From the human T2T-CHM13v2.0 reference genome, Homo sapiens: DNA of 64,000 nucleotides. Position 1 is the stretch's first letter; each line of letters opens with the position of its first letter. The stretch is taken from assembly GCF_009914755.1 (NCBI RefSeq), contig NC_060947.1; one strand, given 5' to 3'. This document shows, piece by piece, positions 13,289-27,834 of the stretch. The position numbers were made by a program, and so were the translations under genes. The notes under the pieces were generated by a model, which saw only the letters and a program-made list of their open reading frames with translations, had not been told where the DNA came from and made no database searches.

Positions 13289-13503
13289 TGAAAGAAGGCA
13301 GAATTGAGGCTCAAGAAAAGACCCAAGTTGTACGAAGTCATCTAACTTGTAGCAGAGCCAAGGCTAGAATATAGACTACTAACTCAGATGTACTAAAAAT
13401 ACAAAAATTAGCTATTTGACCTGGAGGTAGCCTGCCTGCGCTCAAACTATTGCACCTCGAAAACATGTCTAGTATAGAAAGGGGATACTACTGCTGCACA
13501 TAA

Positions 13504-13820
<317 letters not shown>

Positions 13821-14049
13821 GGCACTATTCTTATAAAAGCAGAAAAGCTAACCAATATATTTTTTAAAGGATGCCAAAAATTAAGGTTGAAACAAATAAA
13901 AATTTCTAGTTGATCTACAAATTACATGTACTTTAATACATGCAGTTGTTATCGTTCATCAAGGTTTTAATCCATTTATAAAATGTGACAGTTTTGGTGT
14001 TGAGAAATTTTCTGCTGGAAAATGTGAGCTACTGACTACAGTGAGACCA

Positions 14050-14365
14050 TGAGAGGTAGCTTGATTCAGTATAGAGAATATAATCGTTGAGGTCAGAGAA
14101 TTAGGTTCAAATTCCAGCTCTGACACTTAATAGCTGTGTGGTTTGGGGCAGGTTACTTAAGCTCTCTGGGCCCCTTTGCTTCTTTGTGCCTTGCGGAATC
14201 ATGTCAAGGATTACAAGAGAACATAGCTCCTTTCAGGTAGGAACTTTGTTTTGTCCCCTGTTGTATACTTAGGGCCAAAACAATGATTGGCAGAGTAAAC
14301 ATTAGAGATAAACTGTCAAGTGTCCAGCACAATATCCAGCACAGAGTAGGTGTCAATTCAAGGTA
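14050..14365 (+). mobile_element. MIR followed by L2 tail fragment
   Basis: GGTTCAAATTCCAGCTCTGACACTTAATAGCTGTGTG... Confidence 0.6.
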
Positions 14366-15474
14366 GCCTCTTTTATTATCATGAGGAGACAAATAATGTT
14401 TTTGGGAAGACTGTATAACCTCTGTTTCTAGCCAAGCGGGAGGTACAGGGTTCAAACACAGGGTAGAATTTCAGGAAGTTGAGGAAAGATAGGCATGGAG
14501 CCAAAGGCGTTAAAAAAAGCTACAACCAGGGCCAAAGCTGAAGCAGACAATTAAAGAGCTAGCCCTAGGGAAATACTACTCCAAAGCAACTTGGCAGAGA
14601 ATAGAAAATTCCAGCATCAAATTCAGTGCCTGGCATATAGAAGGATTTGACAAGTATTTGTTAAATGAATGAATGAGTGAATGAAGCGATGAGTCTTTAA
14701 CTTGAGGCCACAAGATGGAATGCGTGACTGGGAGAAGAATGAGAGGCAGGGTCTGGAAATGTTCTTTGATCTAGTTCTGACAATCTGCAACAAAGGATGG
14801 GGTGGGGGTGCTTATAAAAACTATTGAAAGAGGAGTAGGAGGACAATTTACAAACTGCCTGTCCATAGGACATTCTCTGCTAGGGGAGAATTATATGACA
14901 GTATAGAGGGACTTGGGGACAGACCAGGTGGACTGAGCACTGCTCACTGAAAGAAACAGCCTTGACCTTAGTTCACAGAAATTACTGTGATATTCTGAGG
15001 ACAGGATCAACAAAACTAATGAGAATAGAGGGAAAAATTAAAGAAGCAACAAATAGCGATTACCCTATAAAAGTTGCTCAAGAAATAGAGAAGTGTTCAA
15101 TTCATTTTCAACAAGGGTGTCAATGCAATTCAATGGGAGAAGAGCAATCTCTTCAACAAATGGCATTGGAATATCCACATGTAAAATAATGAGGTCAAAC
15201 CCTTACCTGACATCATATACAAAAATTAACTCAACGTGGATTAAAGGCCTAAGGATAAGAGCTAAAACTTAAAACTCTTAGAAGAAAACATAATGGGAAG
15301 TTCTGCATAACCCAGATTTGGCAGTGGTTTCTAAAATATGGCACCAAAAGCACAGGTGACAAAAGAAAAAAGAGATACATTGAACTTCATCAAAATTAAA
15401 AACTTCTGTCTATCAAAGGACACTGTTCAGAGAGTATAAAGGCAACCCACAGAATGGGAGAAGATATTTGCATA

Positions 15475-16145
<671 letters not shown>

Positions 16146-17088
16146 TCATATATCTGATAAGCATTTAATATCCAGAATACATGAAAAACTCGTACAACTC
16201 CACAAACAAAAGACAAACAACTTAAATTTAAAAATGGGCAAAGGACTCTAATAGACATTTCTCCAAAGAAGGTATACAAATGGCCAATAAGTGCATAAAA
16301 ACATGCTCAACATCATTAGTCATTAGAGAAATGCAAACCAAAACCACAGTGAGATATCACTTTGCACCTGTTAGGATAATTAAAAAAAAAACAGAAAATA
16401 ACAAGTGTTGGCAAGGATGTTGAGAAATAGGAACCCTCATACATTGCTGATGTGAATATAAAATGGTGAAGTTGCTGTGGAAAACAATTTGGCATTTTTT
16501 CCAAAAAGTTAAACATAGAACTATTGGTTCCTGCTTAGAATTATATGTCCCTGTAATTCTACTCCTTGGTATTTACCCAAAAGAACTGAAATCAAGGACT
16601 CATGCAGGTACTTGTATACTAATATCCATAGCAGCATCATTCATAAACTAAAAGGTGAAAACAACCCAAGTATCCAACAACAGATGAATGGATAAATAAA
16701 ATGTGGTATATACATATGTCAGAATATTATTCAGCCATACAAAGGAATAAAGTGAAATAAGCCAGATGCAAGAGGGTAAATTGTATATGATTCCACTTAT
16801 ATGAAATATCCAGAGTAGGCAAATTTGTAGAGACAAAAAGGAGATTATTGGTTACCGGGTAGAGAGAGGAATGGAGAGTTATTGATGAACAGTTATAGAG
16901 CTTTGGTTTGGGATGGTGAAAGGATTTTGGAAATGGTTAGTGGGGATGATTGCACAACATTGTGAATGTACTTAATGCCACTGAATTGTACACTTAAAAT
17001 GGTTAAAATGGCAAATTTTATGTTACGTATATTTTACAACAATAATAATAAAACGAGAAACAGAAGCAATGCTCTCATGTGGAGTCAC

Positions 17089-17650
17089 TGCAGCAGGCTG
17101 AATAAGGCCCTCCTCCCCCAAAGATGTCTATATCCTAATCCCTGCTGTTATGCCTGTATGTGTTATATTATCTGGCAAAAGGGACTTTGCAGATGGAATT
17201 AAGGTTAGGGATCCTAAGATAAGGGGATTATCCTGGATTACCTAGGTGGACCCAATGTAGTCACAAGGGGCCTTAAAGGTAGAAGAGGAAGGCACAAGAG
17301 TAGGTCAGAGAGATGTCATGGAAGAAGAGTCAGGAGAGACAGGCAGTGTGAGAGGGACGTGCCTCACCCACTGTTGTTGGCTTTGAAGCTAGAGAAAAGG
17401 GGCCATGAGCCAAGGAATTCAGAGACCTCTAGAAGGTGAGAACAGCCCTCAGCTGACAGCCAGCAAGGAAATGGGACCTTAGTCCCACAAGTATAAGGAA
17501 CTTAATTCTGCCAACAACCTGAATGAACAAAGAAACAGATTCTCCTTTAGAGCCTTGTGGAAAGGAATGCAGCACTGCCGACACCTTGATTTTATCTGGT
17601 GAGACCTGTGTTGGTCTTACAGAACTGTAAAATAATAAATTTGTGTTTTA
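17089..17650 (+). mobile_element. MLT1D-like LTR
   Basis: GGCAAAAGGGACTTTGCAGATG...GATTATCCTGGATTA...TACAGAACTGTAAAATAATAAATTTGTG. Confidence 0.8.
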
Positions 17651-17781
17651 GAAAAGAAAAGAAATATAGAAGCTATTGCAGAGAAGGCTTTTACTGTGTG
17701 ACTGGAAGATAGCCAGGGCTCAGACGAGGGGTTTTGCTGAGTTGTTACAAAACAGAGAGCAAAAATGACCATCAAAAGTGT

Positions 17782-18894
17782 TGTAGCAGATTGTATTTTC
17801 CAAAGATGGCTACAACAATATCTCCCATCCCACATGCTCTTCTGCAGTGAGAACTTGCCACTTCTCCATCAAGGGGCCCCTCCCCTTGAATATGGGGTGG
17901 CCATAGTGACTTGCTTGTAACCAATGGAATGTAATGAAAGTGATGCTGCATGATATCTGAGGCTATGTCAGAAAAGACCAGGCAGTTTCTACCTGCTTCC
18001 CTTGAAATACTAATTCTGTACATGCCACTTCTCAGGACACTGCCTCTTGGAAGTGAGGCTCTATGCTGTAAGGAACTCCAAGCCACACAGAGAGACAACA
18101 TGTAGGTACCCTGGTCAACAGTCCCAACCGAGCCCAGCCTTGAAGTCATCCCAGTCCAGGTGCCAGATGGGTGAATGAAGAAGCCTTCAGATAATTCCAG
18201 CTCCCAGTCATTTGAGCCACCTCCAGCTAAATCTGAATCTGTGTGTCCCCCAAATTATAGCACATAGACAAGCCATCCTTTCTGGGCCCTGTCTAAATTT
18301 CTAGTCCACAGAATCTGTGAGCATTAAATGGTTGTTGTTTTATGCTATTGAGTTTGAGGTGTGTATTAGTGTATTAGTCGGGATGCTCCAAAGAAACAGA
18401 ATAGGATATGTGTGTGTGTGTGTATGTGTGTGGTTTTGCTTCATAATTAAGGAGGCTGAGAAGTCCCGTAATCTTCTGTCTGCAAGTTGGGGATGCAGGA
18501 AAGCTGGTGGTGTAGTTTAAAGGCCTGAGAGCTGGAGAGCTGATGGGGTAGATTCCGGTTTGAGTCTGAAGGTCTGTGAACCAGGAGGGCAGAAGAAGAC
18601 TGATGTCTTAGTTCAAGCAGTCAGGCAGAGTAGCTTGAATCCAATCTCCCTCCACATTTTTGTTCTGTTCAAGTCCTCAACAGGTTGGATGATGCCTACC
18701 CACACTGGGGAGGGCCATCTGCTTGACTCGGTCCACCAATTCAAATGCTCATCTCATCCAGGAACGCTCTCACAGAAACACCCAGAAATAACATTTCACC
18801 AGCTACCTGGGCATCCTGTGGTCCAGTCAAGTTGAAACATGAAACAAACTATTGCAGGGTGTTTTGTTACACGATAATAGATAACTAGAATACG
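17782..18894 (+). mobile_element. MLT1G/H-like LTR split by an MLT2 LTR
   Basis: TGTAGCAGATTGTATTTTCCAAAGATGG start; terminal TTTGTTACAC...ATAGATAACTAGAATAC at 18857-18894. Confidence 0.75.
18362..18856 (-). mobile_element. MLT2 (ERVL) solo LTR with (TG)n
   Basis: TGTATTAGTCGGG...AGAAACAGAA start; GTCCAGTCAAGTTGAAACAT end. Confidence 0.85.
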
Positions 18895-20799
18895 TGTGAA
18901 AGAAGAAAAAACAGAATTTAGTAACACCCACAGGGAGGCATGAGAGTGAAGAGGCAAAGATCATTCCTGAGTCTCTTGCTTGAGGGCTAAGGGAATGGTG
19001 GTCCTCATTACTCATGACATGCAGATTGCCAGCGATAGTGAAGAATCAGGGAAGGACAGAAACGTGATCATCACTTATCCCTCAGAAGCAGCATCAAAAT
19101 GAGGGATCCCTTCTGTTTTGATAAAAATCTCCCTGCTGCCATTCTCAGTACCATGAGGAACACCACAGAAATTCTCAAAAGTATTAAAGTTTCAATTCAT
19201 TGCAGTAAGGATGACCCTGAGTAAGGATTGACCAGCGCACAAGAATTATTGTCAGTTGGATAGAGTATAGACCTGCATATTGAAGTGCCAGTAAGGAATG
19301 CATTCTAACATATTGAATTCTTATGAAAACTGTTAAATAATGAAAACTACCACTGATGCTTGTTGCAGGCCTTTTCAAATAAATTATGACTGTTCAATAA
19401 ATATAAAACTGAAAAAATTATGAGATTGAAGAATTATGTCCAGAATCGAGCCATCTTCAGAAGATACAACAAAAATGCTTTAATAGCCTCTTAGCATTCC
19501 ACAAACATAACTATACTAAGAAATCAAGCTGTGATGCAGATTAAAATAGGAGAGCCTTTAGCTGAACTACAGATTCATCAAATTGGTACCCATAACCTTG
19601 GCTAGAGGACAAATTAAGGAAAAAGTAGACTACAGGTAATTGAGGTTTAACAAAAGATTCATTGAAAAGAACCTCATGAAAAGCAGACTTTTTTCTTTTT
19701 TAATTAGTAAAGATCCCAATAGGTGGCCACACCTATGTTCTTTAGAATCCTCTGGAATCTGCATTACCATTCCTTAGAACTGTGTCATTTAAGAGCACCA
19801 TTAAAATCATTTGGCCAAAGCCAGTGGCACAAATTTAACTTTCATTCTTAACTACTCAGCTGTGCTACATTAACTACTTGAATCTCTTTAAACCTCTCTT
19901 CTCTGTTACATTCTGACATTAGTTGTGTTTTTTCTTATCTGTTTGACTCTCCTGTGTCTTTGCTAATTTTTCTCCTCCGTTAATGATAGTTGGCTTCTAA
20001 GCCCCATCCTGTGGTTTCTGTTCTTTTCATTTTGGGCTTCGTACCTTCAGGAAGCTTATCCACGCATACGATGTCAGTACTCCTTCAAGAACTACTTACT
20101 GATTCTTACATCGGTAGCTGCCAGTTCTTTCTCCTATCCCACTTTTCACTTCTGTCCCTCCACTGAGCTGTTTTTCCCAGTTTAAAAAATGAAAACACAT
20201 TATATAAAGTGGCTGGAAGGATTTTTAAGTGGAAATGGTCATCAAACCATTTTATTTTAATCTAATTAATTCGCTTTGCGAATCCTGTTTGCAGTAGTAA
20301 GCATTCAAGTAAAAACCCAGTCAGCCATTCTGAATTATTCTGATCCAAATTATGAGGTTTTTAAAAACAAAGATAAAGTCAATGTTAGATAACATGGTAT
20401 TGTTTTGTAGACTTTGGGGGAGAAAAATGGGAATTCTCTCTCCCCATTAGCAAGAGAAGGTTGGAGTAGATCACTGCTTGTTAAACTGGGCCAAATGAGC
20501 ACTAGGGGTTTTCTGACCTCCCTTCGAGGGTGCCAGTGGAATGTGAGGGAGAGGGCACACAAAAAAAGAGAAAACCCCTCAACTTTTGCCCCGTCACAAG
20601 TGTCAACTCGAACAACTCCACTTTCAGCTGTTTTTGCTATTGTAAGATTTTGTTTGCAGAAAGATTTGAGTCTGATTTTTTTTTTTTTTAAACTTGCAAA
20701 CAAGTTGATCTCTTAGACGTTCTCTTACTTTCTGTGATTCTGTCAAGTCACTGGAAAGAGGATATAGGATCAGGACTATAAACAAAATAGTTTAAATAA

Positions 20800-21218
<419 letters not shown>

Positions 21219-21332
21219 ACTTCAGTACAATTCTTTAGGCAAAATAAAAGGTGCTCACATTTCATAATCTCCTGTGCCACTTAAGGTAACTTTGGGCTTT
21301 GAATAGCTAGACCTCAAAGACTTAACAATCAA

Positions 21333-22622
21333 TGTAGCAGATGCTGCTGGTACTCACCTATCTTTTTGTCCTCACCATTCCTGCATATGACCATATATAT
21401 ATATGTCTGGTGCTGGTGTCTTTGTGCTGAGTGTCTTTTTCTCTAAAAGGCTCACTGGGTCTGGACCCAGACCCATGAGGAAGGGGTACTGGCTGCCTGG
21501 GTGTCTCTGGGAAGGGAACATAATGAGACTGGTTCTTGCCATAAACACCTGTGACTCTGCCTGAGGGCTTTCTCTGACCATAGGAGCATGCTTAGTCACT
21601 GCACAAAGAAGACTGGAGGTGCTAGGGAGTTAATGTCTCCAGGACTACTTCTCCAGTAATGAAGGACAGGAGCTGGTGGATAAATACCCTAGCTTCATCA
21701 TCCTGAGGCATGTTCTACAGAGTCACTCAGAGGCCCCCAGCAGGGTTAAACCCTAATTGCCCATAGCAGTAACTTCATAACCCACTCTGTATTGCCTTCC
21801 TTCCTTTCCTTGTCTCTCCTACTGGTTATTCTTGGTATCACCTCCAAAATAAACTACTCCCCAATAAGCTACATCCCAAATAAGCTGCTTGGAAAAGAAA
21901 GGGAAAATGGCAGATAGGAGGCAGGACTAGATTGCAGCTCCCACTCAGACAGTCAGAGCAGCATGTGGAGACTCGCATTGTGAACTTTTGCTCCAGACCT
22001 ACTGCAGAAATATACAAGGAAAGCTGAGAGAATCCACAGATCCTCTGAAGGAAGTGGATTGTTCCTGCAGGATCTGGGAGACAGCTCAAATACTGTGAGT
22101 GCTAAAGCTGTGAAAGTGGGAAAGGGGGATTGTCCGCCTCCGAACACACACCCTCACTGGGGATCCTGAAGGTCTAGATCACAGGAGAAGGATTCAACCT
22201 TAACTTAAGCTGTGTCAATTTAGAAAGCTGAGTGAAATACAGGGGTAGAGGAAGCAGCAGGAAAAGCCCTGTGGGCTTTCTGGGTCCCCAGGGAACCTAT
22301 TTCTGACTTGTCTCACAGGGGTCCTTGGGAAGGGCTGCCAGAGGTACTGGGAAAAGACCACAGGGAGAAGGAAACCTCCAGCTGAACTTTGTAACAATTC
22401 CAACTGATCGCAAAGTCTCCTGGCCAGAACTTGGGGGAGGGCTTGAATCCAGTGTGCAGACTTGACAGGCAGGGAGGCACAAAAGCCCTGCTTGCTTTCT
22501 CAGCTGGGAGGCTGGTAGCCTGGGGCAAGTTCTCAGACCTGCTCGCCCACTGCCTGGAAACCAAATAAACTACTTGCGTTCACATCCTTTTTTCAGGGTC
22601 TGCTCCTGGAGGGAATCCCAAG
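21333..22622 (+). mobile_element. ERVL LTR (LTR16/LTR33-like) carrying two insertions
   Basis: GGAGCTGGTGGATAAATACCC, AAATAAACTACTTGC and AGGGTCTGCTCCTGG motifs. Confidence 0.7.
21891..22560 (+). mobile_element. Isolated 5'UTR of an older primate L1 (L1PA11-16-type)
   Basis: AAAATGGCAGATAGGAGGCAGGACTAGATTGCAGCTCCCAC start; stops abruptly at CACTGCCTGGAAA with no ORFs or tail. Confidence 0.8.
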
Positions 22623-22662
22623 TATCAGTCTGGGTCTAGTCAGGAGACAGAAATCCCACCAC

Positions 22663-22908
22663 TTATTATTATTATTTGAGACAGAGTCTTGCTCTGTCAC
22701 CCAGGCGGGAGTGCAGTGGCATGATCTCGGCTTATTGCAACTTCCACCTCCTGGGTTCAAGTGATTTCCAGCTAATTTTTGTATTTGTAGTAGAGATGGG
22801 ATTTCACCATATTGGCCAGGCTGGTCTCAAACTCCTGACCTCAAGTGATTTGCCTGCCTCAGCCTCCCAAAGTGCTAGGATTACAGGCATAAGCCCCTGC
22901 ACCTGGCC
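22663..22908 (-). mobile_element. AluS with ~55-bp internal deletion
   Basis: CAAGTGATTTCCA joins directly to GCTAATTTTT; TSD CCCACCACTTATT. Confidence 0.9.
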
Positions 22909-22971
22909 CCCCACCACTTATTTTAACAGAGAATTTACTGTAAAAATTGTTAAGTGTAAAGTAGTCAACTT

Positions 22972-23418
22972 AGTATTTATATTATTTTTTTGGGGGGCTG
23001 CCATAACAAAGTACCACAAACTGGGTGGCTTAAATAGTGAGAAATTTATTGCCTCACATCCTTGGAGGTCAGAAATCTAAGATCAAGGTGTTGGCAGGAT
23101 TGGTTCTTTCTGAGGGCTATGAGGGAGAATCTGTTCCAGGTCTCTCTCTCTTAGTTTCTGGTAGCTTCAGGCTTTCCTTGGCTTGTAGATGGTCTTCTCC
23201 CTGTGTCTTCACATTGCCTTCTCTCTGTATATGTTTGTCCCTGTGCCTCAATTTCCCCTTTTTGTAAGGACACCAGTCAAATTGAATTAGAGCCTATCCT
23301 AATGGCCTAATCTTAACTTGATCATCTACAAAGACCCTAATTCCAAGTAAGGTCACATTCACAGGTACTGAGGTCTAGGACCTCAACATCTTTTTAGGGG
23401 ACACAGTTCAACCCAAAA
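22972..23418 (-). mobile_element. MLT1B/C solo LTR
   Basis: GCTGCCATAACAAAGTACCACAAACTGGGTGGCTTAAA...GGGGACACAGTTCAACCCA. Confidence 0.85.
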
Positions 23419-24189
23419 AATACTTAAAGAGGCAAAAAGAAAATTCTAACATATCATGTAGGTAGCAACTTTAGGAAACAGCTACCGTCCCTATGGCCGA
23501 GGAAACAAAGGGAGGAAGTTGAAATCATTAAAACTTAAAGGCCAGGAGGAGGGACTACATGAGGCTGAGCTGCAGATGCTTGAGGAAGGGACACCAGCCA
23601 GTTGGCTGGTGTTGGTGTCTTTGCGCTGAGAGAAGAGGTTTCATGGGGCCTGGACCCAGCCTCCTGAGGAGGGGGTGCTGGCTGGCTGGGTGTCTCTGGG
23701 ATGGGGGCACGATGAGACTGGTTCTATATGTGTGGGAAAAGCTGCAAACTGGATTCAGCTGCTGCTACAGGTAGGGACTGTCACTGCTGGAATTAGGAAG
23801 TGAGGTTGGGGTGACTCTCACAGAAGCAAGAAGCAGATAGAAAATCCCAAATAGAGGAAGTAAACCGAAAGGAGCATGTCTCTTCTTCCTCTTCTAATCT
23901 TGTATCTCTCTCTAGCATTCCCTACAGGCAGTGCCTAACAGGGAGCAGTTAGCAAAGCAGAAATGTGGTTTGTATTTATTTGCATCATAAAACAAAGTAT
24001 AGAAGGCTGGATTTGGAGCTGAGAGAGAATAGCTTAAGAACTGGCACAACAACTTTTGACAATAAGGCAACTCAGAAAAGTTAAGATTTCTATCCCAAGG
24101 AAAGTGAAGATCAGGCCTAAGAACATTAACAGGAGTGTTTGATTAATGGCAGTTAATGAGGCAGTATGTGAGTGAGAAAGAAACACCTT

Positions 24190-24480
24190 ATGTAGAGGTG
24201 TGGCTATAAAGTAATGTGATTGAATTTTTAACAACACGCTAAAACTTCAGCATACAAATGAGAACCATTCTCTTCAAAGTAGTTTCATGGGAATTTTTTC
24301 AACTCATTCTTTCAATATGGCCATGGTTCAAAGAACCTTTGAAACTCCTACTTTGAGAGCCTGTGGCCTGAACTTTTGAATCAGTCTCTGTTGTCACTTG
24401 TTTGTCTTTTGAGGGTGAATCAACTTTTTGGAAATAACTTAATGTCATTTCCAAGCTAAACATCGTAAATACAAGTTATA
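24190..24480. mobile_element. Mariner-type (MARNA-like) DNA transposon remnant
   Basis: ATAAAGTAATGTGATTG, CATTCTCTTCAAAGTAG and CTTTTGAGGGTG...TTTTTGGAAA motifs. Confidence 0.45.
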
Positions 24481-25557
24481 TAATTAGGTTTGATTCTACT
24501 TTTTTTGGACAGGTTGGGAAGAGGGATTTTGGAGGTGATGTGTTAAAATCAAGGTGTAATTTTTGTCTTAAGATGGTATCTGGCTGGTGGTTTCTGCTGC
24601 TATAATTCTTGTCAGTAAAATAATCATGAACACAGAAAAAGATGAAGGCTCATAATAACAAAGAAAATCAAGACTGACATTTTGTCGTTTGCCAACTCTG
24701 TAGAATTTCACTTAATTACAAGGGTGATATACTTGTTTGAAAAGTATAATTTGTGATCTGGTACTTTGCCATCAGTTACAGAAAACAAAATCTGCCAATG
24801 TTATAAAGGAGGTTATTTCATGCTTCCTTCACTTTCTGTTCTGTGGCTCAGAATCATCAGGCATGACCTACCAGAAAACATGGCAGCCATCCATTTGCTA
24901 GTGGGGAGATTTTATGAGACAGCCAGAGCATTCTTTCTTGCATATCTACTTTTATATTAGTATATCTCTTCTTATATTTAGTAGAGACCAAAAATCTTTC
25001 AGAAAACAGTTAATAATACCTCATTGCAGTTGAAAAGACCAAAAGAACCCTTACATGTATATAAGGGTTGCACTTTTGATTCAATCTATGTTGTCATTTG
25101 TCTTTTGGGGGTGAACTAATTTTTTGGAAACAACTTAATGTCATTATAGTTTTCCATGTTCTTTATTGACTTAGAGCATTACAAAACTAAGCTATAGGGG
25201 TGGGAGAAAGTTCCAACTTAGTATATCAGAGTTGCCCAAAATTAATATCTTCTGGGCAGTGAAAATTGGATTGAGAACAGTGAATATCAACATGATTGAA
25301 CTCTCAGAAGGTGAACTGAGCAATACCCAAAGGAAAATGAGAATAACCAAAGTCTGTCTTTTGTCAAGAACTGGGCCAGGCTAGGTCTCTCTTTATTTTT
25401 GGAATGTGCAAATAGAAAAGAGGTACATAGGAACCTATGAAAAAAACTCTGCAAAGCAAGAGAAACACCACAGTGAAGACTCAGGAGAAAAATAGGACTG
25501 TGGAAATGATTTACTATTGAAACCAGTAGAAAAGTATATCTTGTAGGTGTGCAGTCT

Positions 25558-26168
25558 TAAATTAGTTCAGCCATTGTGGAAGACAGTGTGGCAATTCCTC
25601 AAAGACCTAAAGACAGAAATACCATTCAACCCAGCAATCCCATTACTGGGTATATACCCAAAGGCATATAAATAATTCTATTGTAAATACACATGTATGC
25701 ATACATTCATTGCAGCACTATTCACAATAGCAAAGATATGGAATCAGCCTAAATGCCCATCAATGATAGACTGGATAAAGAAAATGTGGTACATAGACAC
25801 CATGGAATACTATGCAACCATGAAAAAGAACAAGATCATGTCCTTTGCATGGACATGGATGGAGCTGGAGGCCATTATCCTTAGCAAACTAACACAGGAA
25901 CAGAAAAGCAAATACTGCATGTTCTCACTTATAAATGGAAACTAAGTGAAGAGAACACATGGACACATAGAGGGGAACAACACACGCTGGGACCTATCAG
26001 AGGGTAGAGGATAGGAGGAGGGAGAGGATCAGGAAAAACAACCAATGTGTACTAGGCTTAGTACCTGGGTGGCAAAATAATCTGTATAACAATCCCCCAT
26101 GACACAGGTTTACCTATATAACAAACCTGCATTTGTACCTTTGAACTTAAAATAAAAGTTAAAAAAAG
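25558..26168 (+). mobile_element. L1PA13-16-like 3' end
   Basis: ORF2 C-terminal peptide in ORF 25697-25945, 3'UTR and A tail. Confidence 0.9.
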
Positions 26169-26199
26169 AAAATCATATCTTTAAGGCTAGAAGATGTGA

Positions 26200-27830
26200 C
26201 TTCTATAAAGGAGGATCTGAAAGCTTAGGGAAACTAACAGAAATGAAGAAAATTGTAAGAGAATAACAGAAAAACAATTGAGGTAAAGAAAAAAATTTAA
26301 AAAAGAAACCATGAGAGAGCTAAAACTTCAATAGCAGAATCAAAAATCCTTTCTGGTGATGGAGAAGAGCAGAATTGACACTAAAAATTGAAGTGGTAAT
26401 GTAGAAAACAAACACTTTTTTTGCCCTAGAATGTATGGAACAAGTAGAAAAAAGTGAAACAGCATGAGTAAGAACAATTATCAAACCTAAAAATTATAGA
26501 TATACTAGAGAAAGAGATCAAAATGATTAGAATACAAGCAATAATCAGATATAATTGCAAAAAATGCTCATGAGTAGAAAAAGATCTGATTGTGAAGATT
26601 GAAAGAGTCTAGAATCTTCCAGGCATGGAAAATAAAAAGAATTTCCCACGTAGACATATCTTGTATCCTAAAGATTTAAACATATTCTATAAGTGTCTAG
26701 ATATTTAATTAATTTGCATATAAAAGAAGAAAAAATAAGGCTAACGTCTGTATTTTCCACTAAAGCAAGTGCTAAAAGATTACAAAGCAATGACTAAAAT
26801 GTTTGGATAGAAAAATATTTGGTTCAAGTAGTCAATTTTCTTTTAGGAATGAAGGCAATAGAAAGACATGAATATCAGGGACTCGGAAAATATTCCATCC
26901 ATGTTACTTCTTGAAAAATAAGTTGAAGATATATTCCTTCTGTGTAAACATTTACTATACGGATTACTCATATATATACACACACACTTCCTGAAAGTGA
27001 AGATAAATTATTAAGATTATATAACTACCAACAAATAATAAAAATTAGAAAATGGCATAACAAGTGAGGGCAAGTTAAGTGGAAGAGCCAGAGGATATCA
27101 TACTACCATTTTTAACTTGGAAGACTTAGGTACTAGGTTAAAGACTATTCTTTAAAAAAATATTCTCTTTAATATAAACAAAGTTTATATTTTCTAAATG
27201 ACCAAATGAGGTAAGTACAATGTGTAGAATATATGTGGCTTTAAAGGAACAATGAGAACATGAAAAATGTCATAAAAGCAACAAAACATCAGTTATAACA
27301 AATATAAATTGCTAAAACTTCTTATTAAAATACAAATACTCTGTGATTAGATTGTAATATAAAATATACCTATATATTGCAAAATAGCATACAAAAAGAC
27401 ACTAAATCTTAAAAAGAAAAAGACGGACAAAAATTTATCTTTTTCGCAAATGCAAGCAAAAGGAAAGCAGAGGTGGCAATATTAATTTCAGGTGAAGTGG
27501 AATTCAAGACAAAAAGCATTATACAGAGCAAAGATATAATAAACTGTATATGCTAAATTACTTAGTGTCACTATTATAAAGCAGAAGCTGTTAGAAACTC
27601 ATTGACAAATTCACATAAATCTAATAGCTTTGAGAGACTTTGATACAACCCTATTATTTATAAAAACAAAAGGATGTGTAGAATTTGAATAACATAATTA
27701 ATAAAGTTAATTTAATAAAAATATTGAACTTAATACCCTGCAGAGAATATATTTTCTTTCTAATTAGCCACACCATAATTACAAAATTGATTTTACTATG
27801 TCTTAAAGAAAACTTCAAAAAGCGAAATCA
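26200..27830 (+). mobile_element. Ancient L1M remnant (ORF1/ORF2 region)
   Basis: Strong A-rich strand bias; AAAGCAGAGGTGGCAATATTAATTTCAG endonuclease-region text. Confidence 0.55.
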
Positions 27831-27834
27831 TGCA

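Larger units (their letters stand above)
22623..24048 (-). mobile_element. ERVL LTR (LTR41/52-like) split by Alu and MLT1B
   Basis: TATCAGTCTGGGTCTAGTCAGGAGACAGAAA and GATTTGGAGCTGAGAG...AATAGCTTAAGAACTGGCACA termini. Confidence 0.6.

Noticed and set aside
19494-19640. Possible exon ending CAG/GTAATT
   Set aside because: In-frame stops before the donor and a weak acceptor
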